Shown here: in pieces, positions 51,219 to 63,370 of the stretch
Position numbering within the stretch: position 1 is the first letter of the stretch
Layout: every line of letters begins with the position of its first letter
From: Aplysia californica
Taxonomy: Eukaryota
Length of the DNA stretch: 64,000 nt
NCBI RefSeq assembly: GCF_000002075.1
Contig: NW_004797302.1
Coordinates: 954,783-1,018,782 of the forward strand
Reading direction: 5' to 3'
Position numbers and translations under genes: made by a program
Notes under the pieces: generated by a model
Seen by the model: only the letters and a program-made list of their open reading frames with translations
Told to the model about the DNA's origin: nothing
Databases searched by the model: none

Positions 51219-54200
51219 GCAATAATAATAATAATAATAATAGTTTTTAAAATTTTTTTTAAAAATCACTTCCATAGCTGCCAACTTTTCAAAACATAAA
51301 AATCAGATTCTCTATACAAGATGGGTCAAGATGGTGAGCAGTGGACATGTAACCAACCTCCAAACTCTTCAGTTTTCTGCATGCAATAAATTCACCCCAC
51401 CTTTTCCTCACACATCAATACGACCATAGCGCACTGGTTTACCCGTTCCCATTAGACATAGATAGCTGCAACCCCACTGTAACTCTCGCGTTCATCTCAG
51501 ATGTCGCTGAAATCCATCTAAACAGAACACTGTTAAGCCATCAAAAATATAATCTCTGATTTTTTCCCCTTCTATTTGAGATACCTCTATAAACCGAAAA
51601 TGCCGATGAGCCAAAGAAAATTCCTCAGCCACGGAGATTTTGGTTAAAGAGTACTCCGTTGTAGTTTACCTTTACCAAGAATTTACCGCAACAAACATCA
51701 ACGAGAAAGACCTTACCTTGTGACAAGTCCTCAAGCACTTATGTTTGCCGCAGAAAAGCATCTTCTGACACGGGTAGCCGCAGCTGATGTTTGTCATATG
51801 ACAAGGCACGTTTTTTCGCATCTGAAAATAATGCAAGTCAAAGAGGCCCTTAAACTCAGGCTTTTTCCTTTCCAAAGAGATGTGTCTCGAATTCTAGAAA
51901 AAACTTAGCCGTTGATGATGGGCAATTTAGCTAAAAGTTGGAATTCACTAAGTGAAACAAAAAATGTTACATTTCTATCCTATTTCTTGTACTGTAAATG
52001 CAGTAATTTGAAAATAGCTTTTATCTATTTACATTCAGCACAACCTTTAACCCTTTGAGCCCTGACCTCCTGAAGCTACCTTGCCCCTCTGCCTCAAATC
52101 CTCAGAGATATATAACCAACATCCAAAAGACCATCAAAATCACTTTCCATTTCCCACTCAAGGTAGTCTTAGTCATTACCAGCACCTAGTTCAGAAAGAT
52201 CTTCAGAATAAAAACGTCCTGTGTGGTAAACACTGTTTTCCTTGTGCATTTTGTCTTAGGCTAGCCGGGTTGGAGATAAAGTCTCTCTCACCGGTGTACC
52301 GGTGGCTAGGTATACACGCAGTTTCATGCGCCACCGGTCTACTGGTTGCAAGGGGTCAAAGGGATAACCCCTTTGTAGCCTAATGACGCGCCTGGTATTT
52401 TGTGAAAATGCGTAATTTTTAGCTTCGTGCAGTACCACACACTCTCCTCCAGTTGGGAGAGATTTCCCTTTCCTAGTCCCCAATAAGATGTCGCATGTAA
52501 GCCATTAGGCCCTAATTCTTCAGTAGCAGCAGTAGTAGACGACAATTGTGGGAGGTAGGTGGGTGCTCTGGTGTGACCTGCTCCTTCTTTCCTATTAAAT
52601 ATCTATTGTCCTAATCACTCCTTTTTTGTGTTTGTTATTCTCTTGTACTTGTAACACCTCTAATCTCCGACACTCATTTGACCTTATTGTGTTGCACGTG
52701 CCGTAAAACTCTTACTAAAACAAGACTACAATAACCGATTTCGAAACATGAAAAGCCTCTCACCATGTGACCTCCCATACACATTCGTTCTGTCAGCTCG
52801 GTGCAGGGAGGGCAGCGCTCATCTGCGTGGCAGTTGTGACGGACTGAAACAGAACATTGAAACGTGTCGTTAACTAGACATGAACTCAACTTAATCTTCT
52901 TGTGACATCACAGGTGCCACACTCAAGGCCCGTGGGCCACATCCAGCCTGGCAAACAATTTTTTTCTGCCCACGACAGAATTCTTATCAGTCAATCTGGA
53001 GAATCTCCCCAGCACTCAACCTTACTCCTAACATAAATCAAATTTGCTGACAAGAAAAGATGCCAAAACCCCTCTAACAAATTAACGGAAAAGCGAAAAT
53101 TGAGACGCCCTGACTCATCTTCATTTTAACTTTTTTTGGTTTTAATTCATATTGTTAGACAAGGGTTTAGATTTCCACTGCACAATCAGTGTTCATCCAG
53201 TTCTAAAATAAAACAAAAAAACTCCAAGTCACGAAGGGATTAAAGACTGTGGACTCACCAGGGTGGGAACATGCGTGATCCCTTGTACATGGTCGGTGAC
53301 ACTCGGGTAACTTTGTCCCACACGGAACTGGGGGCTCCAGCACCTCAGCACCACAGTAGCACGTCAGCTCATCAAAACCTGAATTGAGGCACAGGATCGC
53401 AAAAAGTTCCTTAACCCTATCTGTACGTCATGTTTTACTATCGTATCCATACGACGTGGGGAACTCTGTGCCACCACTTTCAAAGAGGAAATTTACTCGT
53501 TAATCCGATCCGTACGCTTTGCATAGCAGTCTGTCAAAATCATTTTTTTTTTCAAATACTGAAAGGTTCAAAGAGATCTTCGTACTAGAAGTATTCTAAA
53601 ATGGGGGTACAAAATGACACCAGGGCGTACGGATAGGGTTAAATAATTATCAACGTTTCAAAAATAACTAAGAATAAGCCAGGTTTCTTGAGACAGAACA
53701 GAAGTTTGAAGACTTTTATTGCTCAAAACTGATTTACATTAATCCTTCCAAAAATGAATCAATAACACTTATCTATTTATCTCTTTGCCATTACATGATG
53801 TCTAAAAAAAAAAAAAAAGTAAAAATTGTCCAAGATAGTCATCTATTGTCCAGGAGAAAAGTGTTTGTCTTAGACAGGTGCATGTCTTTGACATAACATC
53901 ATTATGATAAGAAAAAAAAAAACCAGGGAGAGAAGTGGTAAGTGATTATTTGTACAGATGACTGTCTTGAACAGACGTCCATTACAGCAGGTTCGCCGGT
54001 AATAACAAAAATCTGAATTTTGACAACTTTTTAAAATAGTTCTAGCTATTCTAAAAGCAGATCCATAAATACTTAGCAACAACATAAGAGTGGTCTGAAG
54101 ATAGTTTTGAGATCTGGTTGACAAGAGAATACATTTTTGATCATTGAGAAACTGACACTATTCACTGTCAGGAAGATATGAGGAGCGCGTCATTGAGCAA

Positions 54201-57200
54201 TGACGTAGCGGAATCATGACCAGGGCCCAACGACTAACACAGTATCAAACCTTTGACCACTCTATATCGTCGGTGTCACATGGCATCCATTTAAGTTTGT
54301 TTGGGTACTTTTTACAGAGACAAAAAACTATTTTTTGTAGCGTCTTTCCTATCAGGAATGGTGAAAGGCAAGAAAATTGTCAGCCTAGACCATAGCATTA
54401 AACTGCATTTTGGCGATGTTGAAAGGTGCATCTTTGATAGAGCATTGGGAGGTTATAAAAATTGAAAATTCTCAAAATTGAGACAAAAGTGGATTGCTTG
54501 CACCTGCAACGATATAATGGAGTCCATTTAAACCGACCACAGTAATTCTGAAAACAGTGTAAACCGAAAGAAAATACAATCCCAGATTATTTTCTTCTTC
54601 TTCTATTTGAGCAAATCCTCTAAACCAAAAACCCGGTGAAAAAAATCCCGCAGCCGCGCACATTTTTATTTGAGCAGACTCCACAGTATTTCAGGAAAAA
54701 AAAAACCCACGAAAAAAAGAACAAACAAACAAGGTAACAAAAACTTACTGGCTTGCAAGCAGCGCTTACAGTAGCCTGGGTGGCATAGTTCCTCACATCT
54801 GTGGTTCATACATGCCAGATTCTTTCCACATACGAGATCACAAATGTGAAAGTCTTTCTGCAAGCAGTAAAACAATGTTGTCAGGGTAAAGTCTTTAAAG
54901 AAACAAAGCCAGTCAACAAAATGTATGGTTTCTGTTGCCACTGTTCAGATTTTTGTTTAGCTTCATAAAACCTCAAAATACGTAGCAAAGGTTTATCAAA
55001 CCAGGAAAATATCAGTGGTCTAGCTATAAGGCTTTCAGACTCAATCATGAGGTTATGGGTTTGAATCCTGTCAGGGGCCCAACACTGTGTTCTTGGGAAA
55101 GGTGCCTTACATGAAGTTACCTCATTTCACCCAGGTGAGAATGAGTACCTGGCTATATACAGCAAAAAAGTATGTCAGTTTGCTAGTGTTTTAGTGCATG
55201 TAATCCGCAGCGTACACTGTATGCTTCCCTGGAAGCATAGAATATTTCTGGGTCATATGCTAGGGTCTGCTGAGGTAATGATAGATATAAAGTGCATAGA
55301 GCCTGCCTTAGAGCGTGGATATGCCCTTTATAAATATAGTTATTATGAATATTTAGTTTCAAGTTACTCATGTTCCAACTTAATTGTGACCGTTTGTGAA
55401 TTTTTATTGCATTGTAAATTCTTAGAGAATGCATTTCCAACCTCACTGCCAGACTGTTTTTCTCATACAAATTTTTACACATATACACATAGATATTACA
55501 TATATATGCCTTATACTGTGTTTAACGTACACGCATGTCTATTTCTTAAAAGATCTGACGTCTTTTTCGATGTAATGCGCATTTAGCATTTTTTGAAATT
55601 TGAAATGGGCAGTATAAATGCTATTTATTAATATTATTAATTAATACTATTCTGTGAAACACAAGTCACTTTACCATACCAAACATAGCATGAAATAATG
55701 CGACAGCAATTGGGATTCAATTACTCTCTGTACAAATCTTTTAGTAGTAGTGAGTCAGCTACTGATACATGCAAGCTAAACATGAATACCATCCCTTAAA
55801 CTGTAGCACTGCTCAAGAGTTTTACTAGCACTGTCACCTTAAGAATTCAACATTTCGCTATAAGATGAGCAAAAACTAAAAGTTAAAACTTGCACGTCAT
55901 ATTCCTTTACTCTCTCAGTCAAAGTAGGGCTTACCACACAACAAGTATCCAGGCATTTGTGCTTCCCACAAGACTTTTTCTTGCCACATCTACGTTGACA
56001 CTTGAACGGGTCAACAGCTGCATAATGAATTCAGAAAAACTATCTTAATCATGCACAAAATTAAGTGCACATTCTTTACCAATAAGAGCAGAGTCAAAAA
56101 AGCAAGACAACCAAAATATGTGTCTTATCTAAGACTGCAGAAAATAGCAAAGATGAAAAATATCACTAGAATGAAAGTAGTAAAACATCTGCAAGCTGGT
56201 TAACTATTAAAAGCTTTTTTCGCCACGTAGAATTTTAATTTTAATAACATAACCTGACCTCACAGAACAGAAAAGCAATAATAATTAATTACAATAACAT
56301 AATTATTATTACATAAACTTCAATTATTTTTTTTTTTTATTTCCAAATTTTGGGAGAGTTGAGACAATACTTATGTAAAGAGTCGGAGATGGTCACAAAA
56401 GCAAAGTTCCGGGAGAACAGGCGAAAACGTAAGTTTCCTTTTTAGAACAAATGACCACAATGACAATAAGTAGTATTCACCAAAATATCCTTCATAACCC
56501 TTGAAGACACCCCCCCCCCCCCCCCCCAAAACACAAAAAAAAAAACCACGCGACATTGCCTTGAAACTTACATCGTATTAATGAGTATAGTGGGAAAAAA
56601 AACTTCAGTAATAGACCCACCAGTATATGTCATCGCTACTGAACAATCCATTTCCTTCTCCACACCTCCACACACACATCTGAGACGAGTCTTCTTTTTG
56701 CACGGTCCACATTCACCCTCATGGCAGATTTTATCACAGAGATGTGGGGGCCCATCTGAGAAAAGACACAAAAGCAAAATCCTGTTAGAGCAGGAGCAAA
56801 CATTATCCCTCCAATGAAATATGTTTGATCACCAAACCATGAAAGTTTTATTAACAGATAACACACTGGCATACTTAGTTTGTTCGGATGATATGTATAC
56901 TATACACTGTGTTTTGAAAGTGAACCAATTTGACCATGGTCCACATTCTTTTTTTTTTGTTGGTAAGTGCATTATTTATTTTTTTTAGTACAGGTTTTAC
57001 GGCACTCGCAACTGCATAAGGTCATATGAGCGCCAAGGGGTGGATGTCAACAGAGAAGTTCTTACAGGGAATTAGACTTACTCTGCTCACCTCTCTAGCT
57101 TCAACAGCACAAAGTTTGCTTCGACTATCAAGGCACCCTGGAAATAGCGGGTCATAAGAGTGTGACAAACAAACAAAAGAATTATAGGAAACCCTGTTGC

Positions 57201-60200
57201 AGTTCAGGCAGTTATGAGCATGACACTGAAGAATCAGCCAATTTACAATTACAATTCTACTGTGCATAAGAACTCGAGATGTTAATGTCCCCCCTTTTGG
57301 GAATGGCCTAAAGACACGTCAGTCAGTAGCACCGCTCGGGGGGAGGGGGTTAGCAAGTGCATTAGGTGATACGAGCGCTCTGGACACATTAAATATTTTC
57401 AGTTGGTAGGAAATTTTGATATGTCAACATTCAGCACATTGCCATTTTCCAAGGGCATAACACAAAGGATTTGCAAAATTCATCCTGTCGCCAAAGCACG
57501 AGAAAAAATTATCTACAAAAAATATTTTTACCAATTTATTAGTTATCTACATATTATATCAGGATTGGGGTCAACAACCTTAAAGATGAGGAGTGTGCCT
57601 CTTTCTCTGAGAGGTGCCCCTCCATCTCCTCCATTTGTTTTTGAAGGAGTGCAATCCTTGATAAGGCTTCTTTGCAAGCTATTTAATGAACTTTGAACTC
57701 TATGAGAACCACTTACACTGAGAGAAGCTATACGGGCCAACAGATCAACTGAGCAGGACGGCCCAATTTATGACAGATACCAGACTTCAAGAGTGATGCA
57801 ATCGAGAAAAAGAGAAGACAGTTACACTGAACTGAGTAAATCTTTTTGGGCATCACTCACTTAGAGAAAAGTCAATACAATTCTACACAAACTACAGTAA
57901 GCAGGCCAAGCGATCACTCTAACAACACACACTCTGCCTTTCATAAAATAAAAACTACATACACATTAATGTTGCAAAATTGGTGGGACATAGAAAACTT
58001 ATCATTATGTACAAATTTCACTATGTACACTTTTTAAAAACAAAGAATCTAACACAAAAGAAAAAAAAGGAAGGACCTGAAAATCTGCATGCTATATTCA
58101 TGTTTCGTTATGAACATGTTCATTATGTGCGTGCTTGACTACATCACACATACACATACATGCAAATGAGACAGTTACCGAAGGTGCTTTGTTAGTACTT
58201 TTTTAAATTTTTAGTAGGAGTTTTATGGCACTTGCAACACAATATGGTCAAATAAGTGCCGAAGAATAGAGGTGTTACAAGAGAGTAACATACACAAAAA
58301 AAGGAGGAGAGACAAGGACAATAGATGTTTGATAGGAATAAAGTAGCAAACCACACCAGAGCATCCGCTAACCACCCACTTGTCAGTACTAACCTTTCAC
58401 TGGGCACCCCAAAGGCAATTCACATGGCTTCTCACAAGTGGGCACCGGGTCCAGGCACGACTTTCTCTCCGCCGCCTTCAGCTGGGCGATGGGCATCTTG
58501 CCGCAGTTGCAGGTGGTCAGCTGCCCAGGCATCAGAGGACAGGGTGCACACTCCCCGGGGTGGCACAGCTCCTCACACGTGTGGTTGCCGCAGCTCAGCG
58601 TTCTGTTACGAGGGTAACAGAAAGAGAAAAAAACCCACTGACATCACACTTAACAACACAGCTCAGCGTTCTGTTACGAGGGGATGTGGAAGGAAACAAA
58701 CCCACTGAAATAACATTTAACTACAGAGCTCTGTGCGAGGAAAAATAGAAAGAGAAAAACCCACTGAAATCACACTAAACAACACAGCCTAGAAAAACGG
58801 AAAGAAAAACACACTGAAATCACATCTAGCAACACAGCCTAGCGTTCCGTACAAGGAAAAACAGAAAGAGAAACACACTGAAATCACGTCTAGCAACAAG
58901 TATGTGAGCCATTCCATGAAAAGTTGAAAACTGAATGTGTAGTAACACAGTAACACAGGAATGATCACCTGCTCAAAAAAAAATCCCAAGCAGTGATGTA
59001 GCCATTCTATAATTTTTTATTTTTTTTAATCATTTTTTTTTTTTAGAGGATCATTGCCTGTTAGTGAAAAAAAAGCTGAGAATAGAAAGACATTTTTTTT
59101 GGTGTTCTTTTGTTTTTTCGTTTGCTGTTTAGAAGGTCTGACATTTACAAGGGATGTAGCAAGAAAAAAAACTCCTGATTCAGCTTATAAAAGATGGGGC
59201 CCAAATAAGAAAATAAATTCTCTCTTTACTATTCTAAATTCTTAAAACCTACTGCACACAAACAATACTGCACTAACATAAAAATGAAAACAAACAACTT
59301 CAAGAGGCAGAATGTCTAATCACAACAAAAGTAGAGCCAAAAACCAAGACAACAAAAGGAAAAAAGAGCAGTGACGTGAACAAATAGAATCTATTATTTG
59401 CTTAGCAATACAAACATATAATACCTTCCACAAGGTTTCTCACAGCTGAATGAAACCATCTTGAAGTTTTCTGTGCCACACAGAACCGTACGAGACGTCT
59501 TCGTACAAAAGCACTCTGAAACAATATTTTAAATGTATTTTAATACACAGCTATTTCACTCAAACTGTTTGTTAAACACCGATCATCATGCACTAACCAC
59601 AAAATAACTTTCACAAGAAAATAAGGCAAAACTTCGCTCCGACTTCATAGCTACGTGTACAATAAACTTGTTCAATTTATTTGACAAATCAGTTTGCTTT
59701 CCTTTGAAAACCCAATTTTTACGCACTTAATACAGTCAAAATTGTCCAAGACGGCCGCCCATCTTGTCGAGGAGAAAATTGGTTGTCGTGAACAACTAGA
59801 CATCTTGGACAGACAAGTGTCTGATTATAATATATATATAAAAACAAAGGGGAAGAAGTTCATAACAAGTCAGCATTACCGCCACCCTTCCCTAGACACA
59901 GGAAAAGACGAAAGAAACACTAAATAAATAATGACAGAATAACACGGTAGAACCTGATCCGACGGCCACCTATCTGAGAAAATCACCAGCACAAACCAGC
60001 CCTTCCTACTTGCCCATTGCATTTTTTTTCTATATGTATCACATAGCTATGGACGCAGGCGCTCGTCAACTTTTGGGCATATGGAGTTATTGATATCATC
60101 TTAATGCCTGTTCATTTGTCTTGCTCTTCTTGAAAAATATACCCATCTATCTTAAATAGAAGTCAACGTATTTGCGATTGATGGAGGTAGGGTCACCTGA

Positions 60201-63200
60201 TGTCAGCAGTAGAATTAGCGAGAAAATGTCAGCCAAAGTTTGTGACTTCTAAACTTGAGTGTCTTTGAAAACTGCACATTTACAATTTTTGTGCCTTTGG
60301 TTGATGATTTTCAATAAAATCTACACAGAAATGTGTTTTTAAATGAACATAAAGTGTAGAGCCAAAATAAAATAAAATCGGAAGACAAAAAAATTGCACA
60401 ACGGCCAAAAAAAATGCTGCTTTCTTTTGATTTCATTATTTTGACCGGCACCTGATTTCACCACTACAGAAAAGTGGGAAGACATGAAAAAACATCAAGA
60501 GGCTAGCCCAGGATAGAGAAAGGTGGAAAGTGTTTGTCCATGGCCTATAACCTGGTGCAGGGTAAGAAAGGCAATGATGATGAGGATTTCACCACAGTGC
60601 CTCACAAATGATAACGACAATGTCCAAGACTCCCACCTGCCAACAACAACCACTTTTCTCTCTGACAAGAGGCAGCCGCCTTTGACAATTTCAACACTGC
60701 CACATCACAGTACCCATATACCGTAGCAGTACTGGACAGACAAAAGTCATCTTGAAAAATAAAAGAGAAATCTAGCGATTCAACCAAAGAAAAGAGGAAA
60801 TAGTCTTAAATCAAAGATTCAAAACTTTTACTCACCTTGTTGTTTTGAGACGGAGCAAGGCGCACAAGGTCCCGTGTGGCAAATCTGATCACATGTATGC
60901 TCTGAACAATTCAATGGCTTCTTACATACTTTATCACATTGATAGGCCTGGGCCGTAGAACAGCGGATGTGTTTCCTGAAGATTTAAAAAAAGCATGAAA
61001 ACACCGGTAAAACTCACAAACAAGGCAGTCAAGGCCAAAAAATATAACTCTCTATATCTTTTGAATTGAGAACTGAAAGAATCAAAACATCATTTTTTTT
61101 CACATTTTCTTTCCAGCTTTCACTTTCAAGTCTACGACCTCACTAACTGGTAGTCATTAAGTGCATGAATCCATTTTTTAGGTCAAGACTTTCCAGAGCT
61201 TTTAAACATCAAACAGGTAAAAAGGTACATTCATACACGAAAGGTGTACCTTCAAATAAACAAAGTCAATTTAAATTTATCATACCACATCAATAGTACC
61301 AGCATCTGTGGTGTAGCAGTGAGGCGCTTCTCCATCACATGTATTTGGGTGAGGAGGATTTTTAATGAGTATCTTGGTCTTTCAGCTGGGATGTTGTATC
61401 TATCTCAGCTCAGGCTGACCCAGAGAGCCCCACTCTAGATTTATCTAAATTGTGTCGACAGGTGTAAAAAAAAAAATCACCTGCATTAAACAAAATTATT
61501 TTTTTTTAAATCAGCAGTCATTGTTTGACAAAAAAGTTCAAATCAGCAGCATAACATGACAAGTTTCCTACCTATCTTGGCCACAGTCACAGCTCTGCCA
61601 CACCATGGCGCTGCAAGGGGGGCACGGGCCTGGATGACACAAGCTGCAAGAAAAGAAAAACACACAAAAAAAAAACATTCATATATAATAATAAACAATA
61701 ATCATGATAGACTGATGTTTAAAAAACACTCTACACGGTTAATGAACACAGCCTCTGGGCCCTTTACAAATACAGGCAGAAACAAATCTTTCTGTCTGAT
61801 CAATTGTTCATTGACTTTTTTTTTCTCTATCCTGTCTTACACACTTTTCTTAAAAAGACCAAAGAGAAAAAACACCAGTCTACAAGAGAAATACGTAAGC
61901 TCTATCAACACTACAGTAGTCTCCACGTAAGTTCCCACCTCTTATGATCCTAGTTCCCCTAAGATCACGCTGTTTTGGAAAAACATAATTTTTACTATAT
62001 TAAAGTCACCCCTAAGATCACGCTCTGACCCGCACTGAAGGAGCTACATTCGACAAAGATCCAGCTTTTCAAGTCATAATTTACTTTATTTTTCTTTTTC
62101 AAAAAAGAATAAGAAACCTGAGCGCTGTCAGCTGATCGAGTAAGTTGCGAAAATAGGCGATCATTGTACGGCCCGCTGCATCACGGATCATTCACTCTCA
62201 TGAATGCGGTCACACCTCTCTTGAAAATCTCGATAAGCGGTTACAATGTTTGCCCCAAACGGGATCGCACCAAGGTGTGAACTTGTCGGTGCCTTGCTTT
62301 CCCCGATCACCTCTGCCGTCCGCCTGATCTTACATCACCCACTAGGTGTGGAGGGCCTACAAGCACGCATCAGACTGCATTCTATCAATCTGTGAACTTG
62401 TGGACGCTTACGTTTTCCCGACCATCACTCTCGTCTTTTAGTTTTGTGCTCTAACTTCCTAGACAGACTGGTGCCCATACTCGTGGACTGTCCCATCGCC
62501 TTTGTGTAATGTGGCCATCTGTTGGCAGTGAACCTGTCTTTCATTTTTTTAAAATTTGGTCAGTGTGGTCACAACACAACGATTTACGATGCATCATGAC
62601 ATGGGCGGGGAACTCGGTTAGAGACGGAAAGCAATAAATTTTTGGTGGGGGCTTTGCTTGAAGCCAACTGGTTCCCACCTGACACAGTATTTTTCCACCC
62701 CCCCCCCCCCCCACCCCCAAACAACAAAAAAAGGAAAAACTGACTTCAGAAAAGAACTTTTTGAGCCCAGGAGTCACGTCAGTTCATTTTAAAGTAGAGG
62801 AAGATCATTGTACAGATTTTGGGCCTGACCATGAGTTACTGTGGATTCTTCCCCCTGGCCATTTGGCTAAGATCCCGGTTCATCTAAGATCCCACATTTT
62901 CCATGCTTCCGAGCACCGGGATCTTAGGCGGAGACTACTGTATTACGTCATTTAAGAGGCAAGACCTCCCAATTTAACGCTTATCTCCGAAAGGACAGAG
63001 CCAAACAGGAATATCGTGTAAAGTGCCTTTCCCAAGGACACAACGTCGGACCGAGCTGAGGCTCAAACCCCAAAACCCGCAACCTCATGGTCCCAGTCAG
63101 GTGGCCTAACCACTAGGCTACCAATGCCACTAATCTGCATGTAAAAAGTCATAATTTACACAACACTATAATTTTAACTCACATAGTACAAGGATGCTTG

Positions 63201-63285
63201 CAGTTGCCCTTGCGTCTCTTCTTGCAAGTTTCTCCGCAACTGTGGGGGGTCTCTCCTCTAATGTAGGCTGGATCTCTCCTCCGAC
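41964..63285 (-). CDS. NFX1: Transcriptional repressor NF-X1, R3H-containing long form; 5' partial, 18 exons in window
   Basis: 18 phase-consistent GT-AG exons (2219 nt) encode repeated CGxHxCxxxCHxGxCxxC zinc fingers, [20 protein letters not shown], the R3H domain ([18 protein letters not shown]) and terminal IDYFD, as in human NFX1-123. The paralogue NFXL1 lacks R3H. Confidence 0.96.
42702..42761. repeat. (CT)n microsatellite in the last NFX1 intron
   Basis: Seen directly. Confidence 0.95.
42944..43075 (-). CDS. NFX1: NFX1 penultimate exon with poly-Ala10
   Basis: [20 protein letters not shown](A)10[13 protein letters not shown]; GTGAGT donor; phase 2-2. Confidence 0.88.
43667..43812 (-). 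CDS. NFX1: NFX1 exon, R3H domain ([39 protein letters not shown])
   Basis: RxxxH motif, GTAAGT donor. Confidence 0.96.
44129..44556 (+). mobile_element. RTE-clade LINE 3' end, frame still open
   Basis: YGAECW...[14 protein letters not shown]...[12 protein letters not shown]...[24 protein letters not shown]...WRSFVAAL; (TAAG)n tail. Confidence 0.9.
44608..44791 (-). mobile_element. ~190-bp headless retroposon
   Basis: 11-bp TSD GGTCATCTTAG (44597-44607, 44792-44802). Confidence 0.8.
45629..45695 (-). CDS. NFX1: NFX1 exon ([22 protein letters not shown])
   Basis: AG/GT boundaries, phase 2 to 0, similar to the helix before R3H. Confidence 0.88.
46035..46726. mobile_element. piggyBac-type non-autonomous element
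   Basis: TTAA-CCCTTAA...TTAAGGG-TTAA; internal acidic ORF relic at 46311-46505. Confidence 0.65.
47630..47758 (-). CDS. NFX1: NFX1 exon ([22 protein letters not shown]...[10 protein letters not shown])
   Basis: Conserved LECD...ERNxRLAEA segment. Confidence 0.95.
47939..48374. mobile_element. Inverted copy of the Sola1-like MITE
   Basis: Reverse complement collinear with 21272-21696. Confidence 0.68.
48950..49128 (-). CDS. NFX1: NFX1 exon ([16 protein letters not shown]...KKNQRR)
   Basis: AAG acceptor, CxCG motif, phase 0 to 2. Confidence 0.9.
49157..49400. repeat. 34-bp minisatellite (GAAAATGTCATTCAGTGCTGAGGATAGCTAAGAG), about 7 degenerating copies
   Basis: Units start at 49157, 49191, 49225 and 49259. 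Confidence 0.88.
51011..51136 (-). CDS. NFX1: NFX1 exon ([26 protein letters not shown])
   Basis: CGHPCxxPCH motif, phase 0-0. Confidence 0.94.
51150..51243. repeat. (AAT)n microsatellite beside an NFX1 acceptor
   Basis: Seen directly. Confidence 0.92.
51717..51821 (-). CDS. NFX1: NFX1 exon ([34 protein letters not shown])
   Basis: NF-X1 zinc finger, phase 0-0. Confidence 0.94.
52548..52725 (+). mobile_element. ~190-bp headless retroposon (further copies at ~921-1100, 23668-23840, 36988-37142, 40446-40617)
   Basis: Collinear with the other copies. Confidence 0.72.
52764..52843 (-). CDS. NFX1: NFX1 exon ([26 protein letters not shown])
   Basis: HxCH...CPPC motif, AG/GT boundaries. Confidence 0.94.
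53259..53378 (-). CDS. NFX1: NFX1 exon ([21 protein letters not shown])
   Basis: Conserved SFDELxCxCG...PPVPCGT, GTGAGT donor. Confidence 0.95.
53415..53638. mobile_element. piggyBac-type MITE
   Basis: TTAA TSD, TIR CCCTATCYGTACG, highly similar to 33005-33243. Confidence 0.82.
54749..54857 (-). CDS. NFX1: NFX1 exon ([33 protein letters not shown])
   Basis: NF-X1 zinc finger, GTAAGT donor. Confidence 0.94.
55015..55345 (+). mobile_element. tRNA-derived CORE-like SINE with L2-type tail
   Basis: B box GGTTTGAATCC, CTGTGTTCTTGGGAAAG, CACCCAGGTGAGAATGAGTACC, L2-like tail. Confidence 0.68.
55935..56017 (-). CDS. NFX1: NFX1 exon ([24 protein letters not shown])
   Basis: AG/GTAAG boundaries, Cys pattern. 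Confidence 0.93.
56621..56755 (-). CDS. NFX1: NFX1 exon ([15 protein letters not shown])
   Basis: NF-X1 zinc finger, AG/GT boundaries. Confidence 0.93.
58200..58379 (-). mobile_element. ~190-bp headless retroposon next to an NFX1 donor
   Basis: Collinear copy; TSD-like TTGTYAGTACT on both sides. Confidence 0.75.
58394..58602 (-). CDS. NFX1: NFX1 exon ([22 protein letters not shown]...[11 protein letters not shown])
   Basis: NF-X1 zinc finger, phase 2 to 1. Confidence 0.94.
58591..58900. repeat. Degenerate ~55-68-bp tandem repeat spanning an NFX1 acceptor
   Basis: CAGCTCAGCGTTCTGTTACGAGG at 58591 and 58659; CACTGAMAT recurs five times. Confidence 0.82.
59425..59515 (-). CDS. NFX1: NFX1 exon ([29 protein letters not shown])
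   Basis: AG/GT boundaries, phase 1 to 2. Confidence 0.92.
60040..60465. mobile_element. Copy of the Sola1-like MITE with eroded ends
   Basis: CAGGCGCTCGTCAA...CCTGATTTCACC, collinear interior. Confidence 0.65.
60836..60975 (-). CDS. NFX1: NFX1 exon (KHIRC...[24 protein letters not shown])
   Basis: NF-X1 zinc finger, phase 2 to 1. Confidence 0.94.
61572..61643 (-). CDS. NFX1: NFX1 exon ([23 protein letters not shown])
   Basis: CHPGPCPPC motif, AG/GT boundaries. Confidence 0.94.
61914..62940. mobile_element. 1027-bp Tc1/mariner (pogo/Tigger-like) non-autonomous element
   Basis: TA TSD; TIR CAGTAGTCTCCRCSTAAGWTCCC at both ends; subterminal CTAAGATC repeats. Confidence 0.78.
62955..63130 (-). 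mobile_element. tRNA-derived SINE (family 2)
   Basis: Reverse complement of the 4172-4350 sequence (GAGCCTCAGCTCGGTCCGACGTTGTGTCCTTGG). Confidence 0.72.
63183..63285 (-). CDS. NFX1: NFX1 exon ([33 protein letters not shown])
   Basis: AG/GT boundaries, PHSCGExC motif. Confidence 0.92.
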
Positions 63286-63370
63286 CTTATAAAAGCAAAG
63301 ACGAGAAAAATTCAATTATTGACAAGATCATTCCAACATGAGCTTTCAAACAATTTAACACAAATTGTAT

